NCBI GenBank assembly: GCA_965208125.1
Contig: OZ242320.1
Location: forward strand, 2,816,001 to 2,880,000
Source: Candidatus Latescibacterota bacterium
Lineage (GTDB): Bacteria > Latescibacterota > UBA2968
Direction: 5' to 3'
DNA: 64,000 bases
Shown here: in pieces, positions 10,220 through 19,023 of the stretch
Position numbering within the stretch: position 1 is the stretch's first letter
Layout of the letters: each line of letters opens with the position of its first letter
Position numbers and translations under genes: made by a program
Notes under the pieces: generated by a model
What the model was told of the DNA's origin: nothing
What the model saw: only the letters and a program-made list of their open reading frames with translations
Database searches by the model: none

Positions 10220-10870
10220 TTATCCGCGTTGATCCGCGTCATCCGTTTCATCCGTGTTCATTATTGCCTCGGAAATGCCATCTAAAATATACGGGCGGTA
10301 CTTGCGAAACCGCAGGCGAGGATGAAACCACGTGCCTTCGGGATCTGCTGTGCCGGGGATCGGGACCATGCTGGTCAGATCAATTCTGGACAATGTCGCC
10401 TCTCCCAAAAACCATTCCGCAATTTGTCTGGCCGTGCGATTTGGCCGACCATTTTCGATGGAAACTTCCCTGTCCATAGGAAAAAATAGCGCGCCATCTC
10501 CCAACACAGATACATCGTTTTGATATGCTTGTGCGGCTTCGGTCATTTGCCCGGGTTCTGATATGACAACACCTGTTACACAAGCAATATCCTCTTTGGA
10601 CACCACGTCGCTAAATAGCGTGCGAATGCGATTTTGCAACCCGCCGTAATTATCTAAAAGATGTGATAACCGGGGGTTCACGCCAGCTTGAAGAAGGCCC
10701 AGTGTATTGTAGCGCGAACATTCGGATACAAAATCGTCTTCATTGTCAAACAGTCCCACGCCGATCAGATTTTCGTCATCCATCACATTGAGTTGCGTGA
10801 GGCCCAAATCTGATTTGTGCTGAAGCAAATCGTAAAAACGCCGCACATCCCGCTCGTGAAAACGCTTCAT
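10220..10870 (-). CDS. Hypothetical protein, possibly a degenerate RepB/AEP primase-like fold
   Basis: ATGA overlap with the argH stop; GVNPR and PIPGT motifs. Confidence 0.65.
   Translation of the reverse strand: MKRFHERDVRRFYDLLQHKSDLGLTQLNVMDDENLIGVGLFDNEDDFVSECSRYNTLGLLQAGVNPRLSHLLDNYGGLQNRIRTLFSDVVSKEDIACVTGVVISEPGQMTEAAQAYQNDVSVLGDGALFFPMDREVSIENGRPNRTARQIAEWFLGEATLSRIDLTSMVPIPGTADPEGTWFHPRLRFRKYRPYILDGISEAIMNTDETDDADQRG
10222..10260. repeat. Four tandem 9-10 bp ATCCG-containing units
   Basis: ATCCGCGTTG ATCCGCGTC ATCCGTTTC ATCCGTGTTC; they encode the last residues (NTDETDDADQRG) of the ORF. Confidence 0.75.
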
Positions 10871-12258
10871 CCAGATGCCTCTCCATCGGTCAGCAAACGC
10901 CGCCCTGTTTCGATCTGTCTCAAAACAGAATCGCGTCCTGTTCCGCCATCCAGATTGCGCTGTGCTGTACTGGCTTCTGCCGACAATATCGCTTGCACAT
11001 CGGTGTCGAATACCTCAGATGCTGCGCGCAATGTCGGCATGTCCAATTCTTCCAATTTTTGTCCGCGCGCCAGAGCGGTTTTTACCAGTTCCCCAACGAT
11101 GCGGTGACACCGGCGAAAAGGTACGCCTTTTCGCGCCAGATAGTCGGCCAGATCGGTGGCTAAAATGGTGCCGTCTATGGCCTCGGCCATCCGCTCGCCT
11201 TTAATTTTCATGGTCTGCCATACACCCGCAAAGACCGATAGGGACATCAGCACGGTTTCTGCGGTGTCAAAGACGGGTTCTTTGTCTTCTTGCATGTCTT
11301 TGGCATACGCCAATGATACGCCTTTCATCACGGTGAGCAGAGACATCAGATTGCCGTACACGCGCCCGGTTTTGCCGCGTACCAGTTCCAGCGAATCGGG
11401 GTTCTTCTTTTGCGGCATCATGCTCGATCCGGTGCTGAAGGCGTCGTCCAGTTCGACAAACCCAAATTCAGAAGACGACCAGATGATCAGATCTTCGCAG
11501 AATCGGCTCAAGTGCCCCATCAATATGGATGATGCCGATAAATACTCGAGGAAGTAATCGCGATCACTAACTGCATCGATGCTGTTTTCAGTGATGCGAT
11601 CAAATCCCAGTTCCTCGCGCAAAAATTCTCGGTCAACCGGATATGCACTTCCCGCCAGTGCGCCCGAACCCAGGGGCATGGCATTTGCGCGTTTCCAGCA
11701 GTCTTCGAATCGCGAGCGGTCGCGTACCAGCATCCAGAATAGGGCCATGGCATAATGCGAGAAGCGGATCGGTTGTGCCTGTTGGACGTGCGTATATCCC
11801 GGCATCAGGGTATCGAGGTGTGTTTCAGCAACGTCCAATACCACGCCCATTAACCGCTCGATCTGCACGAGGGTGTTGGCGATTGTTTCGCGTAAAAATA
11901 GGCGTTCGTCCAGAGCGATTTGATCGTTGCGGCTGCGTCCCGTGTGGATTTTTGCGCCGGCATCGCCGACCAGTTCCGTCAAGCGCTTTTCTACTACCGT
12001 GTGTATGTCTTCCAGATCATCCGTCAATGGCAAGGTGCCCGCGTCGAGTTCACGCTCCACGCGATTTAGACCTTTGAGGACCTGTTCCAGTTCCTGTTTT
12101 GTTAAGACACCCATTCGGGCCAATGCGCGGGCTTGCGCTCGGCTGCCTTCAATATCCATTTTGTACAGGCGCCGATCAAAACCAATGGATGCATTGAATT
12201 TTTCCATTAGTTCTTCAGTTGATCCCGCAAATCGCCCTCCCCAGAGCTTTTCAGCCAT
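10867..12258 (-). CDS. argH: Argininosuccinate lyase
   Basis: KLWGGRF, HTGRSRNDQ, MPGYTH, GSSMMPQKKNPD, YAKDMQEDKE. Confidence 0.98.
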   Translation of the reverse strand: MAEKLWGGRFAGSTEELMEKFNASIGFDRRLYKMDIEGSRAQARALARMGVLTKQELEQVLKGLNRVERELDAGTLPLTDDLEDIHTVVEKRLTELVGDAGAKIHTGRSRNDQIALDERLFLRETIANTLVQIERLMGVVLDVAETHLDTLMPGYTHVQQAQPIRFSHYAMALFWMLVRDRSRFEDCWKRANAMPLGSGALAGSAYPVDREFLREELGFDRITENSIDAVSDRDYFLEYLSASSILMGHLSRFCEDLIIWSSSEFGFVELDDAFSTGSSMMPQKKNPDSLELVRGKTGRVYGNLMSLLTVMKGVSLAYAKDMQEDKEPVFDTAETVLMSLSVFAGVWQTMKIKGERMAEAIDGTILATDLADYLARKGVPFRRCHRIVGELVKTALARGQKLEELDMPTLRAASEVFDTDVQAILSAEASTAQRNLDGGTGRDSVLRQIETGRRLLTDGEASG

Positions 12259-12373
12259 GGCGCATTTCCTCTCAACAGAGCCGTCATTGCGGCACGGTTT
12301 TAGCCGCAATCCAGTCTATCAAATAAGAATAACAAATATTAGCGAATTTTTTTAAGACCAATGACTACTCCAC

Positions 12374-13600
12374 TCACTGAAATTTAGCAAGTACGGTTCC
12401 CAGTTCTCGGAGAGATTTGTTGCGTCCTGGTGCCTCCATCAAATCTTGTAGCAATTCGCTGTCGAAAATAGCACTGCCAATGCCGAAATCCGTAATCCAG
12501 CCATCCAGTGCTACTCGATCTCCTCGGATATCCTCAAGGTTGATGACTTCTGTGCCGAGGCCAGGAACGTTGCGTAAGAGTAAAACGCCGAGCGAATCCG
12601 ATAAGTTGTCAGGGTTAAAGGCATCGAGAAGTTGAGAGCTATGGGTTGTGATAACCACCTGAGAGTGTTCGGAAATTTGCTCAAGAACATTTGTAATGTC
12701 TGCCAAAGCACCGGGGTGTAGATTCCTCTCTGGTTCTTCAATGGCAATAAGCGGCGGCAATTCAGGTTCGTTAAGCAAGATATAATATGCAACCAAACGC
12801 AATGTGCCATCAGATGCTCTCTTCAAAGGTATCGGCTTCTCATATCCTTCTGAAAGACAGAGCTGGTTATCTCCGTCAATTTTGCACTGGTCCAGTCTAA
12901 GATTAGTAGAAACAGCGAGAGAGTCACTAACGCTTTGGAAACGATCTGGCATATCCTCGTACCAGTCCGAGAGTAATACCGATAATATCGAACTATCATC
13001 ATTGAGCTTTGGAGATTTGTCCAACTCTCCTGATAAAAGTAAAGATAATGGAAGCACCTTGAAATGCTCTCGTATGAGGTCTGGTCGAAAGTCGCAAAAT
13101 TTCCACTCCTTAATAAACTCTGTCAAGGCTCTTGTTGTAGGCATATCTCCATAATCGCCTGCGGATTTCAAAGCGAGTTTATTGGACTTATATGGCGTGT
13201 CATTCTCTCCATCTTCATCCTTAACTTTGCCCTGTCCGTCCTGAACTGATATGACGTTTACATCGTTAACCAACAATTCTTCAGCAACAACCGGATTGTC
13301 AGCTTCTGCTTTCAGTTTCAGTTCGTATAGTGCTGAGATTTCTTTCACTTTTGCCTGTATTTGGAAAGTGATGTGGCTCGCCTCACCTGCCCAAAGGCGA
13401 TTTTGGATAAATTCAACTGGAGGCAGTTCTTCTTCTTTCATCATATCATTGAGAAGGTTCAAGGCATTCAAGATATTCGATTTTCCACTTGCATTGGGTC
13501 CGACGAGCACTGTCAAAGGCTTTAGCGGAAGCTCAACATCGCGCAAGCTAAGAAAGTTTTTAATATGAACTTTCTCTAAAAATGCTTTCTGTTCAGACAG
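12374..13600 (-). CDS. ABC/SMC-like AAA_21-type ATPase (OLD/AbiEii-associated class)
   Basis: GPNASGKSN, SDGTLR, IEEPERNLHP, TTHS. The frame extends upstream to a CTG at 13600 preceded by SD GAGGTG, restoring the typical FLEKVHIKNFLSL start. Confidence 0.85.
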   Translation of the reverse strand: MSEQKAFLEKVHIKNFLSLRDVELPLKPLTVLVGPNASGKSNILNALNLLNDMMKEEELPPVEFIQNRLWAGEASHITFQIQAKVKEISALYELKLKAEADNPVVAEELLVNDVNVISVQDGQGKVKDEDGENDTPYKSNKLALKSAGDYGDMPTTRALTEFIKEWKFCDFRPDLIREHFKVLPLSLLLSGELDKSPKLNDDSSILSVLLSDWYEDMPDRFQSVSDSLAVSTNLRLDQCKIDGDNQLCLSEGYEKPIPLKRASDGTLRLVAYYILLNEPELPPLIAIEEPERNLHPGALADITNVLEQISEHSQVVITTHSSQLLDAFNPDNLSDSLGVLLLRNVPGLGTEVINLEDIRGDRVALDGWITDFGIGSAIFDSELLQDLMEAPGRNKSLRELGTVLAKFQ

Positions 13601-13602
13601 GG

Positions 13603-13678
13603 CTAATCACCTCTTCTTTGATGAGGACGGCCTCTATTTGTCCCACGCGCCAGTTGTCTGGCAATCAGACGGGTTCAA
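13603..13678 (-). pseudogene. Stub of a HEPN-like toxin gene
   Basis: TTG-AAC-CCG-TCT-GAT (MNPSD) overlaps the upstream gene's end; after a frameshift it reads IARQLARGTNRGRPHQ and is then truncated. Confidence 0.55.
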
Positions 13679-13988
13679 AGTATCGGCCTTCCTGAACTGC
13701 TTCCCATTCAGACTTCTCGACGAATGACTTGCTCAGGAATAGAAAGTCGTCTATCCCCAGTTCCATCAGCTTTGGACGGATGCGTCTGGTCAGGCTAAGG
13801 GTCCATTCCGCGTCCAGACGTTTTTGATCTCCATCAAATACGATGGTAATATTCAGGTACTTGTCGCCATCGTGGTCTATTTTAGGCTCTACTATGATCG
13901 GGTCGAATACAAATTCGTCCTTGAAGCGTTGGGCCAATGTTTCCCTGACGATATTCGCAACTACATCGGTCTGTGTTTTGGTTACCAT
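13665..13988 (-). CDS. Small putative antitoxin (nucleotidyltransferase-like fold)
   Basis: About 107 aa with DHDGDKYLNITIVFDGD; its 3' end overlaps the start of the HEPN-like stub. Confidence 0.6.
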   Translation of the reverse strand: MVTKTQTDVVANIVRETLAQRFKDEFVFDPIIVEPKIDHDGDKYLNITIVFDGDQKRLDAEWTLSLTRRIRPKLMELGIDDFLFLSKSFVEKSEWEAVQEGRYFEPV

Positions 13989-14091
13989 CGCGGGTGCCAC
14001 TTGTGGTAGATGGTTGTAGATGTCTTATCAGGTTGATTTCAGAATAGGCCGTTCAATGTATCGTTTTTTAAACATTATGTAAATATTTGTA

Positions 14092-15549
14092 TTACAATGG
14101 GTTAAACCACTGTTTTGTCGCAACCTTATTTAATTCAAATGGATAATTGGGACGTAATAACCACTTTGCATTGTTATCATGCCTTGAAACTGGCTCATAA
14201 AATTTGTTTTCTTCACAAAATAATTCAAAATGAAATTTGGTATCTACGGAAAATTCATCATCATAATCTTTAACTTCGAATTCCAAGCCACAAGAAATTG
14301 TCGCTCGAGATAATGCTTCATCAAATTCTCCTGTATAACAACACGACACTAAATCATATTTCGACATATCCTTTTTGATTTCTTTTATACTGCTCGCCAA
14401 AGTTTTTCTTTGTCTTTCGATAATGTTCATACTTCTTGTCACATCTGACGTTAAAATAGCCATCTGTTTATAATTTTTCTGTTTCCATGCAATCAAGAAT
14501 TTTTGCAGTGCATACTCTGGAGATTTCTCATCAAAATTTTGAGTCTCAAAATTTCCATCGTCAGTAATTTTTAACTTCGTCCGGGGGCGGAAAGTAGTTA
14601 AATCTTTTTCAATTTGATGGCTTTCATCTATTTGTTGAGTTCGGGACTTATTTTTTACTGTTTTAACATCTTTGAATTCCCTGATCATTTTTGTTACTCG
14701 ATGTATTCCAAGCAGCAATGACCAACACTTACATGCCGTAAATTTATTATCGAAATTTGTATCCATTCCATGCACTATCCCATTTCGATAAGGAATTGTA
14801 ATCTCCTCTGCATTATAACTACCGCGATTCGAACCTATCACATTTAGAACTTCCCATAGATTGGGAGCGATTAATTTCAATGCTGTTTTTGTCTCATCGG
14901 TAATCTTTTGTCGAGTTTTACTGGCAAAAATTGTGCCTTTATCATTACCCAAATCAACAAAAAATTTAGACGTTATACCATCTATCACAGGCAACAGCAA
15001 TAATACACACTCAGAATATCTCTCCTTTATAACACATTGATAGGCTTTCCATATCATGTCCGAATACATATTATTTCTTTGATAATCTTCCTCTTCTATA
15101 GACTCTGAACCTGACTGAGCCACCTGCATATTCTTACTCTGTTGACGTATTCTTTTTTCACTACGGGGATCAAACTTAATATCGAATTGAACATTTTTCA
15201 TGTGGAGATTTATTCGATTGAACCCACCTAAGTCATCCAACCAGAAATCACACAACACTTCTTCTGCACTGTGATAATCTTTAATTTTACATTTTTCACT
15301 GGTCGCCTTAATAATGTCCAGGCTATATAGATCATGAATAAACCAACCTCGTTTAATCAAATATCTGTCAATCACCTTAGCATTATCAAGGGCGGATTTA
15401 ATCTGAACAACTTGATCTTGCAAAGATGAAATTGTTGATTTCGATGAAGGAACTAAATGTTTCAGAAATTTTAGAGTGTCCGGCAATGTATTAAAATCTA
15501 TACCAAGGCTTTTAATTTTATGAGACATGAAATCTGAATAATTGTCCAT
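14092..15549 (-). CDS. AT-rich hypothetical protein with HEPN-type RxxxxH motif
   Basis: 485-aa ORF; PYRNGIVHG preceded by LLLPVIDGI; visibly lower GC than the flanks. Confidence 0.75.
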   Translation of the reverse strand: MDNYSDFMSHKIKSLGIDFNTLPDTLKFLKHLVPSSKSTISSLQDQVVQIKSALDNAKVIDRYLIKRGWFIHDLYSLDIIKATSEKCKIKDYHSAEEVLCDFWLDDLGGFNRINLHMKNVQFDIKFDPRSEKRIRQQSKNMQVAQSGSESIEEEDYQRNNMYSDMIWKAYQCVIKERYSECVLLLLPVIDGITSKFFVDLGNDKGTIFASKTRQKITDETKTALKLIAPNLWEVLNVIGSNRGSYNAEEITIPYRNGIVHGMDTNFDNKFTACKCWSLLLGIHRVTKMIREFKDVKTVKNKSRTQQIDESHQIEKDLTTFRPRTKLKITDDGNFETQNFDEKSPEYALQKFLIAWKQKNYKQMAILTSDVTRSMNIIERQRKTLASSIKEIKKDMSKYDLVSCCYTGEFDEALSRATISCGLEFEVKDYDDEFSVDTKFHFELFCEENKFYEPVSRHDNNAKWLLRPNYPFELNKVATKQWFNPL

Positions 15550-15607
15550 CGTGTAATCATCCTTTGCCGGTGTATCAGTTGGTTTAGGCGCTGACTACAA
15601 AAATCCG

Positions 15608-15934
15608 TTATATCTTATATCCACGTTGTTTTTTTTTAAGGACTTGAGCCAGTGTCTCCGCCGGTTGGATATCGTCTGTAAGCTGATGCTTGTCCCGTGC
15701 GAGTTTGCGAAAGTCGCACTCTACTTGGATACCGTGCCAGAACTGATCTGACTGACCGAAGAAGGCACCAAAGCGAATCGACATGGCGGGGGTAATTGAC
15801 CGTTGACCACGCACGATTTCGTTGATTTCACGCGGAGCAACTCTGATTGCACGCGCCATGGCATTTTGCGAAATCCCCATTGGCTTGAGGTACTCCTCGA
15901 GCAGAATTTCGCCGGGTGTCATTGGCTTATTCAT
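15608..15934 (-). CDS. higA: HigA family addiction-module antitoxin
   Basis: [17 protein letters not shown]...[15 protein letters not shown]; directly downstream of higB. Confidence 0.92.
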   Translation of the reverse strand: MNKPMTPGEILLEEYLKPMGISQNAMARAIRVAPREINEIVRGQRSITPAMSIRFGAFFGQSDQFWHGIQVECDFRKLARDKHQLTDDIQPAETLAQVLKKKQRGYKI

Positions 15935-15965
15935 GTCTATCTTCCCTCACTCATAGGGTCCCTTA

Positions 15966-16244
15966 TCAATGATAATCTACTATCGCAACCTGTTCTGGTC
16001 CAAAATCAGTCCACCTGAAGACAATGCGCCATTGGTCGTTGATGCGAATGGAATGAAAGCCTGAGAGCCGACCTTTGAGGGCTTCAAGGCGATTACCAGG
16101 TGGAACGGCAAGGTCTCTGAGGGTATCAGCCTGATTCATCTGAATCAATTTTCGCAGCGCGACTCGCGATATAGCAGCAAACCGTCGATTGCTTTCCAAC
16201 TCGAAAAGTTCTTCGGTGTCCTTATCCGCAAATGACTGAATCAT
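15966..16244 (-). CDS. higB: HigB (RelE/ParE, plasmid maintenance killer) toxin
   Basis: [34 protein letters not shown], terminal VDYH. Confidence 0.94.
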   Translation of the reverse strand: MIQSFADKDTEELFELESNRRFAAISRVALRKLIQMNQADTLRDLAVPPGNRLEALKGRLSGFHSIRINDQWRIVFRWTDFGPEQVAIVDYH

Positions 16245-16329
16245 GGTTTCGGTAAATTACCCTTGATTTGATAATTTTAGGACAGGTCTTAGCTGTTATA
16301 GGAGTTGTTGTACACCACTCGAAACTCAC

Positions 16330-17571
16330 TCACAAATCAGCACTTTGTCCCGCTGCGTGTTGGGCTTTTGCGCCGACGCCGAGTACGTTTAGGAAGCCCT
16401 CGGAATCGCGGTGGTCGTAGTCGCCCACGTCTTCCATTGAGGCGGTTTCTTCGGAATAGAGAGAGTGCGGCACATTTTCCGATGATTGAAATAGTACCGT
16501 GCCTTTGTATGCGGCGACTGTGATTGTACCCGTCAATAGCTTTGCCACGGGGGCGAGCGCGCCTTGCATCATTTGAGTGGATAGATCGCAGTAATATCCC
16601 TGGTAGATTTGTTCGGCGAGGGATGAAGATATCGAATCGTAGAATCTTCGCGCGCGTCTGTCCAGAACTTGCTGGAGCAAGAACTCGTAACACGCGCCGA
16701 GCAGGCAAAGCCCCGGGCTTTCATATACGCCGCGCGATTTAATGCCGACAAAGCGATTTTCTACGGTGTGAATCCCGATGCCCACGCCGTTTCGCCCGCC
16801 TATTTCATTGGCTTTCAGGATTGCGGTTACGGAATCGGTATCTGTGCCATTGATTTGTACGGGGCGGCCCGCGTCTATTCTGACACTAAATGATTCGGGC
16901 TTATCCGGCGCCTGTGCGGGAAATACGCCCATGCCCGGTTCAATAAAATCGGCTGCTATGTCGAGATATTCGAGTTTGCCCGCCTCGTGTGTTAGGCCCA
17001 GAAAGTTGGCGTCGGTAGAATAGGGTTTTTCGTACGTGGCTGTAATTGGCAAGTTGTATGTATTGCAAAAGTCGATCATTTCTTTGCGCCCGCCAAATAT
17101 GTCGAGAAATGCAGGGTCTCGCCAGGGGGCATACACGGTTACGCTGGGTTTGAGCATGTTGGCGACGAGTTGAAATCGCACCTGATCATTGCCGCGTCCG
17201 GTTGCGCCGTGCGCGAGTACGTCGATATCGCGACGCTTCATTTCCTCCAATAATCCCCGCGTGGTGACATATCGCGCGATGCCGGTTGTATTCCAATATC
17301 CGCCTTCGTAACGCGCTTGTCCAATTAGCATTGCAATACCCGTTTCTGCCAGGTCGGTCTTTAGATCGATCAGCACGGCTTCACGCGCGCCACAGGCGAG
17401 CATGCGTTTGGATATGTCATCGATATTTTTCTCATCGGGTTGGCCAATATCGGCGGTTAAACTCACGACATTTACGCCGCGGTCAGCCAGCCATTTTGTC
17501 ACGGTGCAACTGTCCAATCCCCCCGATGATGCAAGTGCTACTGTTTTTCCGCGCAGTTCATTAAGCGTCAT
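16330..17571 (-). CDS. argG: Argininosuccinate synthase
   Basis: SGGLDS, HGATGRGNDQVRF, YSTDAN, ENRFVGIKSRGVYE. Confidence 0.97.
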   Translation of the reverse strand: MTLNELRGKTVALASSGGLDSCTVTKWLADRGVNVVSLTADIGQPDEKNIDDISKRMLACGAREAVLIDLKTDLAETGIAMLIGQARYEGGYWNTTGIARYVTTRGLLEEMKRRDIDVLAHGATGRGNDQVRFQLVANMLKPSVTVYAPWRDPAFLDIFGGRKEMIDFCNTYNLPITATYEKPYSTDANFLGLTHEAGKLEYLDIAADFIEPGMGVFPAQAPDKPESFSVRIDAGRPVQINGTDTDSVTAILKANEIGGRNGVGIGIHTVENRFVGIKSRGVYESPGLCLLGACYEFLLQQVLDRRARRFYDSISSSLAEQIYQGYYCDLSTQMMQGALAPVAKLLTGTITVAAYKGTVLFQSSENVPHSLYSEETASMEDVGDYDHRDSEGFLNVLGVGAKAQHAAGQSADL

Positions 17572-17584
17572 GGTTTTTTCCTTT

Positions 17585-18439
17585 TCATCCTTCGTCTAAA
17601 GAAAAGCCCGCACTATTCAGTAAATCTATCACATTTTCGCGTGCGTGTCGGATGCGAATGTCGATTTCCTCAGCGGTAAAATTACCACCTGTGCCGTTCA
17701 CGCGCTCGACCACCACTGGGCCATCAAAGCCCGCTTCGAATGCCGTGGCAAAGATGCGTTCAAAATCTACATCTCCTTCGCCGGGAATGGGGAAGTTGTT
17801 TTCTGCTTTGGGACCAATGTGATCTTTGGCGATTATTTTACAGGTTTGGGCTGCAATATGGGGAAAATCGTCTTCGGGAGATATGCCTTCGTAATAATGG
17901 ACATTTCCCGGGTCGTAACAGGCCCGCACCGAGATCCGATCAATTTCGGGCAATAAGCGGGCCAGATGTTTTGCGGTTGCGGTATTGCCCGTATGCGGTT
18001 TGAGGGCGAGGATGATGTTTTGATTTTGTGCATGGGTTCCCGCTTCTTTCAGGTCTGCGACATAGGCTTCGTGGGCAGATTGAAAGACTTCGGGCGCGAG
18101 CGGTTCATCGGGAAATCGCCGATACCCGCCCACTCCGGCCATCTGAATTATTTCGGCGCCGAGTGCCCGGCACACGTCAATTCTGCGCATAAGATAACGC
18201 GCGTTATCTCTTGCCGGGGTGGATCCAAGTCCGATTACTACAGGGGTTAAATCCGCTTGTTCGCACAGGGTTTTTGTGCGGTGCACAAGGGGTCCATCGG
18301 GATCAAAACCGAGCGTATCTTCGCCTTCGTGCGACCAGCCCAAACCCACGTAGGAATATCCTGCGCGGGCAACGCCTTCAATCCCTCGCTCGAGAGGATA
18401 GTTTGCATAGGGTAGTGTTAAGCAGACGAGTTTGACCAA
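17585..18439 (-). CDS. Sugar phosphate isomerase/epimerase (TIM barrel)
   Basis: LKPH, YDPGN, KD and PGEGDVDF motifs; TTG start after SD GGAGG. Confidence 0.82.
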   Translation of the reverse strand: MVKLVCLTLPYANYPLERGIEGVARAGYSYVGLGWSHEGEDTLGFDPDGPLVHRTKTLCEQADLTPVVIGLGSTPARDNARYLMRRIDVCRALGAEIIQMAGVGGYRRFPDEPLAPEVFQSAHEAYVADLKEAGTHAQNQNIILALKPHTGNTATAKHLARLLPEIDRISVRACYDPGNVHYYEGISPEDDFPHIAAQTCKIIAKDHIGPKAENNFPIPGEGDVDFERIFATAFEAGFDGPVVVERVNGTGGNFTAEEIDIRIRHARENVIDLLNSAGFSLDEG

Positions 18440-18456
18440 AAGAGGCCTCCACACTG

Positions 18457-18999
18457 TTAGTCGGTTTTCCGTGTTACAAATAGCGCGAGAAATCCGGGTA
18501 AAAAGGCGATGGTCCAGGAAAGCAACTTATAGACATAATGCGGCCCACCGAGCGCGTGACGGGTCCATATACCCAAAACCAAGAAGGCGAGGCCGGAAGT
18601 CACGGCAGCCAGGATACCTCGGAGCAATGTGCGTTTCAGGCTTTCGGAGATGGTGTTCACCCACCAGTGGAGCAGGGCTGCGAGGATCCACAGTTCCATC
18701 CACGAGACGACTATTGCATTAGCGCGAATGAAAGGGCGCAAGAGGTAATAGCCACCGGCGGATAATATGCCAAGGACGAGGCCACCGAGTGCGCCCAACA
18801 GGATCGTTTGTGTTGTTTTGCCGCTGTAGCCGAGGACAGCACCCAAACAGAGGCACAATAGTGCGCCGTGAAGAATGCCGGCAAACATGCGGTGTTTGAT
18901 CCCGTGATGCGCCCACAGAAAATCGCCCAGTGTGCTGAGCGCGGCGAGTATGATCGCGGCGACGAGTGCGCGTAAGATTCCGTTGTATTGAACAGTCAT
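18457..18999 (-). CDS. Hypothetical polytopic membrane protein
   Basis: About six hydrophobic segments; SD AGGAGG. Confidence 0.75.
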   Translation of the reverse strand: MTVQYNGILRALVAAIILAALSTLGDFLWAHHGIKHRMFAGILHGALLCLCLGAVLGYSGKTTQTILLGALGGLVLGILSAGGYYLLRPFIRANAIVVSWMELWILAALLHWWVNTISESLKRTLLRGILAAVTSGLAFLVLGIWTRHALGGPHYVYKLLSWTIAFLPGFLALFVTRKTD

Positions 19000-19023
19000 G
19001 TGCTCCTCCTGGATAACTGAGGT

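Noticed and set aside
12310-16325. Integron cassette array
   Set aside because: No convincing attC (RYYYAAC...GTTRRRY) pairs between genes and no integrase.
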